Below are positions 1 to 11,227 of a DNA stretch of 64,000 nt, piece after piece. The notes beneath the pieces are model-generated. The model searched no databases and had not been told where the DNA came from. It saw nothing but the letters and a program-made list of their open reading frames with translations. Source of the stretch: a bacterium (GTDB lineage: Bacteria > Desulfobacterota > DSWW01). The DNA lies in NCBI GenBank assembly GCA_040756235.1, contig JBFLZG010000033.1, positions 1-64,000 of the forward strand. Direction: 5' to 3'. A program made the position numbers and the translations under genes. Position 1 is the first letter of the stretch, and each line of letters begins with the position of its first letter.

Positions 1-144
1 ATGTACGCCTCATTCCTCAGGATTTGACTCGGGCCGTCCATGGCCCTCGCCCTGCGGGCGCATCATCCTGGCGGATGATGCGCCCAATTCCGCTGTCCTG
101 CGGAATTGTCGCGCGCCTTGCATCTGGCCATTTCTGAACAGCCT
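1..144. repeat. MITE-like repeat family A, copy 1 (truncated by window edge)
   Basis: Near-identical reverse complement of about 3555-3697; ends in the terminal motif GCATCTGGCCATTTCTGAACAGCCT. Confidence 0.85.
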
Positions 145-192
145 CCCGGAGTCGAATTCTTGGACATGCTCCTAGACAAGGAGGGGAATCTG

Positions 193-681
193 GTGAACGA
201 GCCTTTTGAACCGGTGGTCTTGGCTTTCTGCTGCAACTACTGCGCTTACGCGGCCGCCGACCTGGCAGGATCCATGCGCATGGATTATCCGCCCAACGTG
301 AAGATCATCCGAATCCCGTGCACCGGAAGGCTGGACGCGATGTTCCTGCTCAAGGCGCTCGAGAACGACACGGACGGAGTCTTCGTTGCCGGATGCCTGG
401 AGGGGAATTGCCACTTCGAGGCAGGCAACCTGCGAGCGCGCAAACGCGTAGGCTACGTGAAACGCATCCTCGGGGACATCGGAATCCACCCGGACCGGGT
501 TGAGATGTACAACCTATCGGCGGCAATGGCTTCACGCTTCGTAGAAGTGGCGCGCGGCTTCACGGAACGAATCCGCGCCCTCGGACCTTCGCCGGTGAGG
601 ACCGGAAAGGGGCCTGAATGGCGCTTCCGCATGGTCGAGGAACCCGAAGGGGGCGCACGAACGCCCCAGCAGCCCGCTTGA
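193..681 (+). CDS. mvhD: Hydrogenase iron-sulfur subunit D (MvhD/FlpD family, [2Fe-2S])
   Basis: Motifs AFCCNYCAYAAADLAG, RIPCTGR, GCLEGNCHF..GN; GTG at 193 follows an AAGGAGG RBS (ORF track starts at 106). Confidence 0.9.
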   Translation: MNEPFEPVVLAFCCNYCAYAAADLAGSMRMDYPPNVKIIRIPCTGRLDAMFLLKALENDTDGVFVAGCLEGNCHFEAGNLRARKRVGYVKRILGDIGIHPDRVEMYNLSAAMASRFVEVARGFTERIRALGPSPVRTGKGPEWRFRMVEEPEGGARTPQQPA

Positions 682-733
682 GATCAGACGACCAAAATCA
701 GAATGCCAGCAAATGGGAACCCAGGAGAAACTC

Positions 734-2008
734 ATGAGCACAAAGTACGAACAGATGTGGGAACAGCTCGGTCTGGATATCCCGGCCCACGACGGCCTCC
801 TGAAGGTGCTGGGACAGTTCTACGGCGACATCTACTTGTCCCAGCAGGGCCGGCTGCGTGGCGCCGAATACCTGGACTTTGTGCTTGCCGAGGTGCACGG
901 ATTACGCATCCAGGAGATCCAGGAGGCCAAGGCTCAGGGCAAGAAGGTCATAGGCACCTTCTGCATCTTCGTCCCGGAGGAGATCATCTGGGCTCTCGGC
1001 GGCGTGAGCGTGGGTCTTTGCGCAGGAGCCGAGATCGGCCAGGAACAGGCCGAACGGGTGCTGCCGCGCAACACGTGCGCCCTGATCAAATCTTTCATGG
1101 GCTTCAAGCTCGCCCGCCTCTGCCCTTATTTCGAATCCTGTGATCTGGTCGTTGGGGAGACCACCTGCGACGGCAAGAAGAAAGCGTACGAGATTTTGGG
1201 CGACCACGCGCCTGTATATGTCATGGAGGTCCCGCAAATGAAGGAGCCGAGGGACCGCGCGTTGTGGATGCAGGAGATGCTCCGCTTCACAGCGCGGCTC
1301 GAGACCTTGACAGGGGGTTCTCTGCAGCCGCAGGCGCTGTCCGGCGCCATCCGCATGCTCAATGGCCGCCGCCGGGTTCTCCAGCGCCTGGACCGCCTGC
1401 GTAAAGCCGTCCCGGTCCCCATCTCCGGGCGCGACGCCCTCCTCATCAATCAGATCTCGTTTTACGACGACCCGGTCCGGTTCACCCTCAAGATCGGTGA
1501 GCTCTGCGATGAGCTGGAAGGCCGCGTGCAAGCGGGCGCAGGCATCGTACCCGGGGGGACGCCGCGAGTCCTGCTGTCCGGATGTCCGATGGCCGTGCCC
1601 AACTGGAAGATCCCCTTCGTGGTTGAATCGAGCGGGGCCGTGGTGGTGGGCGAAGAATCGTGCATTGGCGCCAGGAATACCCGCGACCTGGTCGACGAAA
1701 GCGCCAGTACCCTGGCGCAGATGCTCGAGAATCTGGTCGACCGCTACATGAAGATCGACTGCGCCTGCTTCACCCCGAACGCGGAACGGCTCGAACACAT
1801 CGTGCAGATGGCGCAGGACTTGGACGTGGACGGGGTTGTCCATTATGCACTGCAGTTTTGCCATCCGTACGCAATCGAAGCCTTTAAGGTGGAGCAGGCT
1901 CTGGAAAGAGCCGGGATCCCCATGATCAGGATCGAGACCGATTACAGCATGGAAGACGTTGACGTCCTCAAGAATCGCGTGGAAGCCTTTGTGGGGATGC
2001 TCAAGTGA
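734..2008 (+). CDS. Double-cubane-cluster protein (DCCP-like anaerobic reductase; 2-hydroxyacyl-CoA dehydratase superfamily)
   Basis: N-terminus MWEQLGLDIPAHD..EVHGLRI; Cys motifs GTFC, NTCALIK, TTCDGKKK, EESC, IDCACF, QFCH; ETDYS near the C-terminus; ATG 734 after AGGAG. Confidence 0.85.
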   Translation: MSTKYEQMWEQLGLDIPAHDGLLKVLGQFYGDIYLSQQGRLRGAEYLDFVLAEVHGLRIQEIQEAKAQGKKVIGTFCIFVPEEIIWALGGVSVGLCAGAEIGQEQAERVLPRNTCALIKSFMGFKLARLCPYFESCDLVVGETTCDGKKKAYEILGDHAPVYVMEVPQMKEPRDRALWMQEMLRFTARLETLTGGSLQPQALSGAIRMLNGRRRVLQRLDRLRKAVPVPISGRDALLINQISFYDDPVRFTLKIGELCDELEGRVQAGAGIVPGGTPRVLLSGCPMAVPNWKIPFVVESSGAVVVGEESCIGARNTRDLVDESASTLAQMLENLVDRYMKIDCACFTPNAERLEHIVQMAQDLDVDGVVHYALQFCHPYAIEAFKVEQALERAGIPMIRIETDYSMEDVDVLKNRVEAFVGMLK

Positions 2009-2754
2009 GACTGGCGGGGATCGATCTGGGCTCGAGAGCGATCAAGGTGGTGGTCGTCCGTGCGGACGGCGGAATCCTCGAACAGAGGTCAGCGGACACC
2101 ACCTTCGACCCCCTGCGACAGTGTCAGGAGCTTCTGGACGGACTCCGGTTCGACCGCATCCAAGCCACGGGATACGGAAGGCACCTTTTCCGGGACGTCT
2201 ACGAAAAAGCCTGCATCGTCTCTGAGATCCTGGCACATGCCAGAGGTGCGATCGCTGCGGAACCTCGCGTGAGAGCCGTCCTCGACATCGGAGGCCAGGA
2301 CACCAAGGCCATCGCCCTGGACCCGGCCGGAAAGGTCCTCAAATTCGAGATGAACGATCGTTGCGCAGCCGGCACAGGGAAATTCCTGGAGGTCATGGCC
2401 CGCGCCTTCGGGCTCTCTGTGCACGATTTCGGACCCTTTGCCGAAGCCGCGCACCGCCCTTGTAAGATCTCCAGTATGTGCACGGTTTTCGCGGAGAGCG
2501 AGGCCACGTCGCTCATGGCAAGAGGAGAGCCTCCGATGAACATCGCGTTTGGCCTGCACCTGGCCGTTGCGGCCAGATCCGTGGCGATGCTGAGGAGAGT
2601 GACGGCGTGCGGGCCGGTCGCTTTCACCGGAGGGGTCGCCCGCAATAGCTGCATCCGCCGGTTGCTGGAAGACGCGCTGGAGGGTCAGCTTCTGATAGCC
2701 GCAGAGCCTCAGTTCATCGGGGCACTGGGCGCGGCGCTCCTGCTACGCGGTTAG
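2005..2754 (+). CDS. ATP-dependent activator/reductase (BadF/BadG/BcrA/BcrD ASKHA ATPase; DCCP-R-like)
   Basis: GIDLGS, ATGYGR, DIGGQDTK, NDRCAAGTG, SMCTVFAESE, GGVARN; GTGA overlap with the upstream gene. Confidence 0.9.
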   Translation: MRLAGIDLGSRAIKVVVVRADGGILEQRSADTTFDPLRQCQELLDGLRFDRIQATGYGRHLFRDVYEKACIVSEILAHARGAIAAEPRVRAVLDIGGQDTKAIALDPAGKVLKFEMNDRCAAGTGKFLEVMARAFGLSVHDFGPFAEAAHRPCKISSMCTVFAESEATSLMARGEPPMNIAFGLHLAVAARSVAMLRRVTACGPVAFTGGVARNSCIRRLLEDALEGQLLIAAEPQFIGALGAALLLRG

Positions 2755-2782
2755 GACACTATCAAGACTTTGGGAGCTCAAC

Positions 2783-3421
2783 ATGGAGCAAGTCATCACC
2801 ATCGACGCGCGCGGCCTGGCCTGCCCCGGGCCCGTTCTGAAGACGAAAGCGGCCCTGGAGGAAGACCCCGGCGCTGCAATCGAGGTCCTTGTCGACAACG
2901 AAGGATCGAGCGAGAACGTCCTCCGCTTCGCGCGCAGCCAGGGCCGGGCCGCGCGGTCCGTCGCCGAGGGCGCGGCATTCCGCGTGCTCATCGGCTCCGG
3001 CGAGCCGTCCGGCTTGCCGGCTCGCGAGCCGTCGCCATCTCCCGATCCCGCAAGCCCGGAGCCACTCCCGGCCTGCCGAGACGGCGGCCTGGTCCTGTAC
3101 GTCGGGGCCGATCAGATGGGCAGGGGCTCGGAGGATCTCGGAAGGAAGCTGATGCGCGGCTTCCTGAGGACCTGGCTGGACGGCGAGCGAAAGCCCTGGC
3201 GCATCCTCTTCCTCAACAGCGGCGTCCGGCTCACGACGGTCGATGAAGAGGCCGTGGAGATCCTCGAGTTGCTCGAGCACCGAGGGGTCGAGGTCCTCTC
3301 TTGCGGGACCTGCCTGGAGCACTTCGGGCTCATCCAGGCGCTCCGGGTCGGAAGGGTCACCAACATGTACGAGATCGTCGAGACCTTCTCGGCGGCTCAC
3401 CGGGTCGTCTCGCCGGCTTGA
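2783..3421 (+). CDS. yedF: Sulfurtransferase-like selenium metabolism protein YedF (TusA/SirA domain + DsrE-like domain)
   Basis: IDARGLACPGPV N-terminus; G.GSEDLG..LM.GF, FLNSGV, SCGTCL, VGRVTNMYEIVE C-terminus. Confidence 0.88.
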   Translation: MEQVITIDARGLACPGPVLKTKAALEEDPGAAIEVLVDNEGSSENVLRFARSQGRAARSVAEGAAFRVLIGSGEPSGLPAREPSPSPDPASPEPLPACRDGGLVLYVGADQMGRGSEDLGRKLMRGFLRTWLDGERKPWRILFLNSGVRLTTVDEEAVEILELLEHRGVEVLSCGTCLEHFGLIQALRVGRVTNMYEIVETFSAAHRVVSPA

Positions 3422-3553
3422 GATCCGAGATCGAACAAGCTGATTGACGCTCCTGTACCGCGGATGCACCGCCCTCGCTCGACTCGGGGCAGAGCGCTAC
3501 CTCCCCACACAGCACGTCCAGCGGCAGAAATCTTCTCTTCTAGAACAAGGCCG

Positions 3554-3801
3554 CAGGCTGTTCAAAAATGCCCAGATGCAAGGCGCACGACAATTCCGCA
3601 GGACAGCGGAATTGGACGCATCATCCGCCAGGATGATGCGCCCGCAGGGCGAGCGCCATGGACGGCGCGAGTCAAATCCTGAGGAATGAGGCGTACAAGG
3701 CAGTACGCCGCAATGACCCCGGCTTTCGCCGGGGCAGGCTGCCCCAGGACCTCCACGCCGCATGAGTGCAACGCAGCAGATGGGCGTTTTTCAACAGCCT
3801 G
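3554..3801. repeat. MITE-like repeat family A, copy 2 (complete)
   Basis: Imperfect terminal inverted repeats CAGGCTGTTCAAAAATGCCCAGATGC ... GCAGATGGGCGTTTTTCAACAGCCTG; internal hairpins; matches 1-144. Confidence 0.85.
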
Positions 3802-4249
3802 CCATTGCTTTCTTCAGGAGCTCGCTAACCCGCTTGCCTTCGGCCCTGCCCTCCACCCTGGCCATGACGGCCTTCATGGTCTGCCCGAAGCTCCCCTTGC
3901 CCGTCTCCGCCATCACCTCGGCGATGATCTTTTCGAGGTCGCTGTCGGAAAGCCCGGCCGGCAGGAGCGCCTCCAGCACCCTGAGCTTCTCCTCCTCCCC
4001 GGGGATCCGCTCCGGCATGTTCGCCTTGCGGTAGGAGTCGAGCGTGTCCTGGATCTCCTTCATCTCCCGCTTCACGATCTTGAGGACTTCCGGCTCGGGA
4101 AGCTCGGTCACGTTCCGGAGCCTTCCCTTCTCGGTCGAGACCTTCGTCTTGATCATCTTGATGACGGAAACGGCGGCTGCGTTCTTCTCACGGGTGAACT
4201 GGAGCAGAAGCTTCTGGATGCCCGCTTCGCTGAGCTTGGTCTCCGCCAT
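3791..4249 (-). CDS. GatB/YqeY domain protein
   Basis: Size and motifs fit (KREMKE..D..SY, LLPAGLS, FGQTMKAVMARVEGRAEGKRVSELLK); GGAGG RBS upstream. Confidence 0.85.
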   Translation of the reverse strand: MAETKLSEAGIQKLLLQFTREKNAAAVSVIKMIKTKVSTEKGRLRNVTELPEPEVLKIVKREMKEIQDTLDSYRKANMPERIPGEEEKLRVLEALLPAGLSDSDLEKIIAEVMAETGKGSFGQTMKAVMARVEGRAEGKRVSELLKKAMAGC

Positions 4250-4469
4250 GATGCCCTCCTTCCCCTTTTTCCCAATCGGCGGACCCGGCCGGGACGGCGG
4301 TGCCGGGCTCGGCCATCGGTCTCTGTGATGTTCCCGATTCTCCCCGATCCTGGACGCTGGTCGGGCTTTATGTTAGCTTGTCCGGTGCGATCGAGTAAAC
4401 CGGGCCGCCGCACAGCCGGCGGCAGTTGCATCAGACACGAACAGGACGAGCGAGGAAAGGGATTCTACC

Positions 4470-4604
4470 ATGGCCAAGGCGAAACCCGGGAAGACCTCCG
4501 GAAGAAAACGGGGCAAGACCAACCGGCTGAAGGCGAGCCTCCGCAGAAAGCGGACCAAACAGGTACTGCGGGTTACCAAAGGCGAGCGCAAGCACTCCTG
4601 TTGA
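4470..4604 (+). CDS. Small, very basic 44-aa protein (not in ORF track)
   Basis: MAKAKPGKTSGRKRGKTNRLKASLRRKRTKQVLRVTKGERKHSC; purine-rich RBS GAGGAAAGG upstream; fills the gap divergent from yqeY. Confidence 0.6.
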   Translation: MAKAKPGKTSGRKRGKTNRLKASLRRKRTKQVLRVTKGERKHSC

Positions 4605-4727
4605 AGGCTGATGAAAAGCGCCCATCTGCGGCGTTCGGCTCGCTCTTCGTCATTGCGGCGTACTACGATGTACGCCTCATTCCTCAGAGCTTCGCCTGCC
4701 TTGCATCTGGACGCTTTTGCTCAGCCT
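4605..4727. repeat. MITE-like repeat family A, copy 3 (short form)
   Basis: AGGCTGATGAAAAGCGCCCATCTGC ... GCGGCGTACTACGATGTACGCCTCATTCCTCAG ... GCCTTGCATCTGGACGCTTTTGCTCAGCCT. Confidence 0.8.
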
Positions 4728-6053
<1,326 letters not shown>

Positions 6054-6121
6054 TCACCCGCTCCCGCAGCCGGCGGCGAGACGCTTCGTCAAACGCCTCT
6101 GCTGCAGCTGCCCGCTCCCTG

Positions 6122-6150
6122 CTTGTAGCACTCCGCATCGCCACCGTCAA
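6122..6150 (-). promoter_or_regulatory. Putative sigma70 promoter of serS
   Basis: Minus strand TTGACG-17 nt-TACAAG with a TG extended -10. Confidence 0.4.
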
Positions 6151-6255
6151 CGCGGACGGCGCGCGGATGCCCGTCGGGCGCGCCCTTTCCTTTACGCGCG
6201 GCTCCCTCTATAGTGAAGACCGGTGTTTGGAAGAGGATTCCGAGGACAGGGACTC

Positions 6256-8178
6256 ATGGAAAAGCGCATCACCCTGGGCACGGCCGGCCACATCGATCAC
6301 GGCAAGACCGCCCTGGTCAAGGCGCTCACCGGCATCGACACGGACCGGCTCAAGGAGGAAAAGGAACGGGGAATCACGATCGAGCTGGGATTCGCCTCCC
6401 TGGCCCTGGATTCCGGCATCCGTCTGGGAATCGTCGACATGCCGGGCCACGAGCGCTTCATCGATCACATGGTGGCCGGCGCCTCGGGCATCGATCTCGT
6501 CCTGCTGGTCGTGGCCGCTGACGAAGCCGTCATGCCCCAGACGGTTGAGCACCTGGAGATCTGCAGGCTCCTGGGGGTGCAGAGCGGCCTCGTGGCTTTG
6601 ACCAAGATCGACCTCGTGGACGAGGAGACGCTCGCGCTCGCGCGCGAGGACGTGGCCGAGCTCGTTCGGGGCACCTTCCTGGAGAGCAAGCCGGTCGTGC
6701 CCTTCTCCTCCGTGACCGGGGAAGGCAGGAAGGAGCTGCTGGGTGCCCTCGGGGCCTTGGCCCGTGAAGTCTCGGCCAAGAGGCAGGAGGGTGCCGCCCG
6801 GATGCCCATCGACCGGGTCTTCACCATGAAGGGATTCGGAACGGTGGTCACCGGCACGCTTCTGGCCGGGAAGCTCACCCTGGGAGAAAGCATCGAGGTG
6901 CTGCCTTCGGGCCATCGCGCCAAGATCCGCGGCATCCAGGTGCACAACGCCTCGGTGAAAGAGTCCATGGCCGGGTCCCGAACCGCCGTGAACCTGCAGG
7001 GGGTCGAGAAGTCGTCGATCGCGAGGGGCGAAGTCCTCGTCAAGCCGGACTCCTTCGAGCCTTCTCAGCGCATCTACGCGCACCTGCACTACCTCCCGCA
7101 GAACAGGAAGGAGCTGCCGGACCGCTTCCGCCTGGTGGTCCACTGGGGAACCACCCGGGTCTTCGGCAGGGTCGCTCTCATCGACCCGGCTCCGCTCGAG
7201 CCCGGCAAATCGGCCTTCGCCCAGCTCAGGCTCGAGGCTCCTCTGCTCCCCGTATTCGGTGACCGGTTCGTGATCCGGGATTTCTCCACGAACCGCACCC
7301 TGGGGGGCGGCGTGATCCTCGACCCGCAGGCCGAGCCTTACCGGCGCCGGATCAAGGAAGATCTCCTCCCCTGGTTGAGGAAGCTCCAGGGGGAAGCCCC
7401 ACAGGAGCGGATCCGCTACTTTCTCTGGAAGCAGGGCAAGCGCGGCGACTCGGCTTCCAGGCTGGCGGTCCGGAGTCAGCTCGGCGTCGACGACTGCCTG
7501 AAGCTCTGCCGCGAGCTGGCGGAAAGAGGCGAGCTCGTGGAATACGAAACGGAGAGCCATGCCTTCACGCTCCGGGATCGCTTCGAGTCTCTGTGCCGGG
7601 AGACCCTGGAAGCGATCGCGGCCTTCCATCGGGAAAACCCCTATCAGGAAGGCATGCCCAAGGAAGCGCTGCGCGGCAGGGTCTCGGAGCCGGTCCCCGA
7701 AAAGCTCGCCTCCCTGTGCCTCTCCCGCCTGGTGGAGAAGGGAGAGATCGCCGTCGTCAGGGACAAGGTCCGCCTGGCAGGACATGAAGCGCGGCTCAGC
7801 GACGAGGACACGAAGCTCCGGGAAGACGTCCTCAGGCGCATCACCGAAGGGGCCGCCATGCCGCCCTCGGTCCGGGAGCTTGCGGCAGAGACCGCATGCC
7901 CGGAGCCGCGCTTGAAGAACCTCCTGGATTTTCTCGCCGGCGCCGAAGAAGTCGTAAAGGTTGCCGAGGATCTCTATTTCGCCCGGAGCGTGCTGGACGA
8001 TCTGAGGACGCGGCTCGTCCGCCACCTGGAGGAGAAAGGGGAGATCCAGCCGGGTGACTTCAAGACCTTGAGCCAGGCGACCAGGAAGTATACCATCCCC
8101 CTCCTGGAATACTTCGACCGCATCCGCATCACCTTGCGCAAGGGTGACGTTCGGGTCCTGCGGGAGAGGAAGAGCTGA
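6256..8178 (+). CDS. selB: Selenocysteine-specific translation elongation factor
   Basis: [37 protein letters not shown]-terminal winged-helix [17 protein letters not shown]. Confidence 0.96.
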   Translation: MEKRITLGTAGHIDHGKTALVKALTGIDTDRLKEEKERGITIELGFASLALDSGIRLGIVDMPGHERFIDHMVAGASGIDLVLLVVAADEAVMPQTVEHLEICRLLGVQSGLVALTKIDLVDEETLALAREDVAELVRGTFLESKPVVPFSSVTGEGRKELLGALGALAREVSAKRQEGAARMPIDRVFTMKGFGTVVTGTLLAGKLTLGESIEVLPSGHRAKIRGIQVHNASVKESMAGSRTAVNLQGVEKSSIARGEVLVKPDSFEPSQRIYAHLHYLPQNRKELPDRFRLVVHWGTTRVFGRVALIDPAPLEPGKSAFAQLRLEAPLLPVFGDRFVIRDFSTNRTLGGGVILDPQAEPYRRRIKEDLLPWLRKLQGEAPQERIRYFLWKQGKRGDSASRLAVRSQLGVDDCLKLCRELAERGELVEYETESHAFTLRDRFESLCRETLEAIAAFHRENPYQEGMPKEALRGRVSEPVPEKLASLCLSRLVEKGEIAVVRDKVRLAGHEARLSDEDTKLREDVLRRITEGAAMPPSVRELAAETACPEPRLKNLLDFLAGAEEVVKVAEDLYFARSVLDDLRTRLVRHLEEKGEIQPGDFKTLSQATRKYTIPLLEYFDRIRITLRKGDVRVLRERKS

Positions 8179-8183
8179 AGGAG

Positions 8184-8286
8184 AGGTATCAGGTTTCAGG
8201 TGTCAGGCTCCAGGCCCCTCCCCACCGCGCCGGAGAAATTTTGGCTTTCCTGACACCCAACACCTGAAACCTAACACCTGACACCT
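8184..8286. repeat. Inverted blocks of degenerate 7-mer tandem repeats
   Basis: AGGTATC-AGGTTTC-AGGTGTC-AGGCTCC facing CCTGACA-CCCAACA-CCTGAAA-CCTAACA-CCTGACA. Confidence 0.7.
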
Positions 8287-9258
8287 ATGGCCTCGCGAAC
8301 CTTGATCACGGGCCTCGGGGGTTTTGCCGGAAGCCACCTGGCGGAGCGCCTCCTCGAGGCCGGCGACACGGTCGAAGGGACTTGTTCCCCTCGAGGGGAT
8401 CTCGCCCATATCCGACACCTCCAGGATCGAGTGGTCGTTCACCGGTGCGACCTTCGATCTTCACGGGCCACGTCCGAGGTCGTCCGGAAGGCGCGGCCCG
8501 ATGTCGTCTATCACCTGGCCGCTGTTACCTTCGTGCCTGAAGGAGAAACCGACCCTGGAAATCTCTTCGAGACGAACTTTCTCGGGACCTTGCACCTCCT
8601 GGAGGCTGTGCGCCGGGAAGCGCCGCAGGCGCTGTTCGTCTTCATCAGCAGCTCGGAGGTGTATGGAGGGGTCGGTCCCGAGGAGAGCCCGATCACGGAA
8701 GAACACCCCGCGAGGCCGGTCCACGCGTACGGTCTCTCGAAGCTCGTGGCCGAGCAGCTCGTGGAGATGTACGGGAAGACGCGCGGGGTCTCGGCCCTGC
8801 GCCTCCGCCCCTTCAACCACATCGGGCCGCGGCAGTCCGACCGCTTCGTCTGCTCGAGCTTTGCAAGACAGATCGCCAGGATCGAGAGCGGCCGGCAGGA
8901 GCCCGTTGTGCGGGCAGGGGATCTCACCCCGATTCGGGATTTCACGGACGTGAGGGACATGGTTCGAGGCTACCGGCTCGCGGCCGAGCGGTGCATGCCG
9001 GGGGCTCTTTATCAGATCGCCTCGGGAACGGGGGTCCCCATCGGCCGGGTCCTGGAGGAGTTGCTCCCGTATGCCGGCGTGCCGGTCGAGGTCCGCCCGG
9101 ATACGTCCCGGCTCCGCAAGGTGGACATCCCCGTGCTCGTGGGAGACCCGGGGAAGTTCATCGCGGCCACAGGCTGGCGCCCTCGTTTCCGGCTCTCGGA
9201 GACGCTCAGGGACCTGTACCGGTTCTGGAAGGCTCGGATCGCACAGGAGGAAGCGTGA
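8287..9258 (+). CDS. GDP-4-keto-6-deoxy-D-mannose reductase-like extended SDR (Rmd/Tld-like)
   Basis: TGLGGFAG, SSSEVYG, YGLSK, RPFNHIGPRQS..FV.SSFARQIA, RDFTDVRD. Confidence 0.8.
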   Translation: MASRTLITGLGGFAGSHLAERLLEAGDTVEGTCSPRGDLAHIRHLQDRVVVHRCDLRSSRATSEVVRKARPDVVYHLAAVTFVPEGETDPGNLFETNFLGTLHLLEAVRREAPQALFVFISSSEVYGGVGPEESPITEEHPARPVHAYGLSKLVAEQLVEMYGKTRGVSALRLRPFNHIGPRQSDRFVCSSFARQIARIESGRQEPVVRAGDLTPIRDFTDVRDMVRGYRLAAERCMPGALYQIASGTGVPIGRVLEELLPYAGVPVEVRPDTSRLRKVDIPVLVGDPGKFIAATGWRPRFRLSETLRDLYRFWKARIAQEEA

Positions 9259-9740
9259 CCGCAGGCCCATTCGCCGTGAGACGGCCTCGATTCATGCCGC
9301 TCTCGAGAAAAGCCCAGAACCGCTTGATCCTCGGCTCTTTCTTCGGCTTCCTGCTCTTCATCGGATTCCAGAATCAGCTCCGGATGACGGACGAGATCGA
9401 GGCCTTTCGCAACGACGCATACGTCATGCGCCTGCGCCAGGTGGTCCGTACCGAGTTCCTGGCCTCTCGAGCAGGCCGGGCGGGCGCGCTGGACGTCACG
9501 GCCCGGATCGGCACAGCGCAGCTCGGCCAGATCATCGCGAAGCTCGCGGATACGCGTCCGGAAGGCCTCCTTCTGGAAGACGGGCCCGCAGGGAGCGGCC
9601 GGCTCACCGGTCTGGGGCATCCGTTCCTGGGCGGCAGACCGGAAAGGACGGTCTGGCGGCTCGTGGCCGGAAGGCCCGGGGGAACCCTGGAGATCGAGGC
9701 GCACCCGGAACAGGAGCCGGCTCGTGAGCGGTTGCCGTAG
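9255..9740 (+). CDS. Hypothetical single-pass membrane protein
   Basis: GTGA overlap with the upstream stop, AGGAGG RBS; one hydrophobic segment LILGSFFGFLLFIGF. Confidence 0.55.
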   Translation: MTAGPFAVRRPRFMPLSRKAQNRLILGSFFGFLLFIGFQNQLRMTDEIEAFRNDAYVMRLRQVVRTEFLASRAGRAGALDVTARIGTAQLGQIIAKLADTRPEGLLLEDGPAGSGRLTGLGHPFLGGRPERTVWRLVAGRPGGTLEIEAHPEQEPARERLP

Positions 9741-9762
9741 GGGCGACGCTTGCCGCTCCCTG

Positions 9763-11098
<1,336 letters not shown>

Positions 11099-11227
11099 AG
11101 CCGCCCTTTCGCCGGCTGCTCTCCCGGTCGCCGCTTTTGCTTCGAAACCTCCCTTCGCAGTAACATCTTTTGCAGGTCTGCCAAAGGCGCGCGACTCGTT
11201 CAGCTGCGCTCTTTCAAGGAGGATCTG

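Noticed and set aside
734..2754. Classical 2-hydroxyacyl-CoA dehydratase or benzoyl-CoA reductase call
   Set aside because: Only a single subunit with a DCCP-type N-terminus is present, with no second subunit or CoA-pathway genes.
3444..3771. Short ORFs over 3444-3771, 9894-10085 and 35465-36280
   Set aside because: They are translations of MITE/REP repeats.
4599..4640. Cys-TGA at the end of the small basic ORF followed by hairpins, as a possible Sec readthrough
   Set aside because: The downstream structure is a multicopy MITE, not a gene-specific SECIS, and no redox-protein context is present.
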